Positions 62,170 to 64,000 of a DNA stretch of 64,000 bases are shown here, in pieces. Position 1 is the stretch's first letter; every line of letters begins with the position of its first letter. This DNA is from the human T2T-CHM13v2.0 reference genome, Homo sapiens: the NCBI RefSeq assembly GCF_009914755.1, contig NC_060925.1; one strand, 5' to 3'. The notes beneath the pieces were generated by a model. That model had not been told where the DNA came from. It made no database searches and saw only the letters and a list, made by a program, of their open reading frames with translations. The position numbers were made by a program, and so were the translations under genes.

Positions 62170-62484
62170 AATAAAGAGACATGGGCACCGTCAGTTGAAA
62201 TTTACCCTAACTAAAATGGTGTTATTTTAAAAGCCTCCCTTTCTGACTTGCTAAGTGAATTTAATGCTCCAAATGGGTGCCAAATTGGCAGCCTGCAGGA
62301 TACATTCCACTATTTATGCAAGAAATGGACACAGTGGCCTTGTGCTTCCACCCTATCCTTGAAGGACCTCCTTTGCAGAACACAAGGTTAATGCGCCCTT
62401 CAAGTCTTATTCCATCTTGGCCCCCATGAGCTCTACTGACGTAAGTGTTGGGCCAACAGTTGTAATTGTAGTAGGAGTTTTTGG

Positions 62485-62635
62485 GCTGTGATTCACCAAA
62501 TCTGCTTGTATATCAAATGTACCTGGGGACTTTAAAGGTATACAGATTTCTGGGCAATCTACCAAACTTTCTGAGTCAGAACCTGGCCAGGAATCTGTAC
62601 TTTCCAAATGCCACCCCAGGTTTGAGAACCACTGC
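62485..62635. mobile_element. MER5A-like hAT element
   Basis: acctggggacttt...cagatttctgggc...ccaggaatctgtactt...gtttgagaaccactg. Confidence 0.65.
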
Positions 62636-64000
62636 CTTGGGGAAAGTACTATCCTCTGTGGACTATTCCCTGCTTTTATCCTGCACTGTCATTAGCCATC
62701 TGCTAGCTTATTTACCCTTCCATCTTCACGCATGTACTATGAAGCCAGTGTCTTACTAGTGTCAGAAAAGCTGGAGGAAATGTCAGGCTTTATCGACTGA
62801 AGTCAGTATTTACTTGAGAAACCTTTTGGCACATCTGTGTTACTAGCAAATGTCTTTCCAAACTGCTGAAACAACTAAACCTTAACCAGCGGGCTATATT
62901 TAATTATAGACTCGACTTCTAAGATGCATTCACATTTTTCTTAACATATTATCCTCATTACCTCTCAGTGTGTTCTATTGTTTATTTCTTAGGAATTGTT
63001 TCCAGAGACTAGAAGGCAAAGAAAATGAAGCATGGCTAGAAACAGGTTGGAAAAAAAAATCCCAGTCCCTTTGATAGAGACTCAAATAATAACTTATTGG
63101 CAGTCATTTAAAAGAAATATTATTACAGTAGGATAACCTTGCAGTAATTGCTGTAGAATTGTCAATTGTCAGTGTTGCAAATCTGTGGAGATTACAGGCA
63201 AGAAGGAAAATGGAAAACAAGTGGCTCAAATTCTTCTTCAGGTATGCTGGGGAGAAGAAAAGGGAGGATATATATAGAAAATGTGCCCACGATCTTGATT
63301 TTGGAGGCTCTTAATATCATCTTCTTCCTTATTGCCACAAATTTTTACCAATTGTGTATAATCTATTTGTGAAAGAGTTCCCTAGTTATATTCTGTAGGT
63401 TTTTACACTAGCTAGAGCCAAAAATCCGGAAAAATACACTCTACAGAGCAATCAAGTATTTTCTTATAAGGACTTTTAATGTTAGAGAAAGATTTGATGA
63501 ATAGGAAATTGCATCAACAGACCTGAGTTCTACAATATGCCTCTGTGTTTCCCAGTCTCTCAGAAGTATTATCCTGACATCATTGCTTTATTTGGAGTTT
63601 TAAAGAAATGAAATTGTTTTCTTCCCATACAGAAATTTTATTCAGAACGCCAGTATACAGGACAGATATGAGCTATGCTTTTCAGGTGGAAATTGGGGGG
63701 CAGAGCACCTGCCATGCAGCCTCCTCCATCTGGGCACCTACTGGAAATTTTGAAACTCCACGAAACAAGATGACTTTGAGTTAAGAGATGACCACTGGGC
63801 CCACAGGGCTCTCTCCTGACTGCCAGAGCCCCTGCTCTCCTGCTCTTTTTTCCCTGCCTCAGGTCACCTTGGGGCTGTCCTCCATGAAGGGCCTTAATAA
63901 GGTGCTCCTTTATGAGTATGTACTCTGTCATGGCTATCATCCATATGGGGGACCTCCCATGCCAGGCTGTTGATTTCTCAGGATGGCATCCTCTGCCCTC

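Overview
This is primate genomic DNA (human or hominoid-like, since AluY, LTR12C, LTR2 and MER11 are present). It is CpG-depleted and intergenic or intronic, and by my rough tally about half of it is interspersed repeat. I find no supportable protein-coding gene, RNA gene or CpG island. Every ORF in the track is either a decayed transposon fragment (L1 ORF1/ORF2, Tigger1 transposase) or a chance ORF in an Alu, LTR or microsatellite. Repeat families were called by eye from recalled consensus sequences, so subfamily labels are provisional; TSD-defined boundaries are exact and other boundaries are approximate. The most interesting structures are: (1) a 6.5-kb block (32211-38693) bounded by a single TSD, containing an L1PA15/16-like element, an orphan poly(A)-signalled segment and an L1PB 3' end, which is best read as a serial L1 3' transduction; (2) a nested L2>MER11>LTR12C insertion with both TSDs intact and a mutated LTR12C poly(A) signal; (3) a 31-bp mini-transduction behind an L1MA that reads as L1 ORF1p; (4) an AluY inserted at the TATA-like box of an LTR1; (5) a solo LTR2 with a near-consensus Sox-Oct motif; (6) a full-length Tigger1 inside a MIR>MLT1>Tigger1>Alu stack; (7) candidate non-coding exons on both strands. 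I do not see evidence for a novel protein-coding system.
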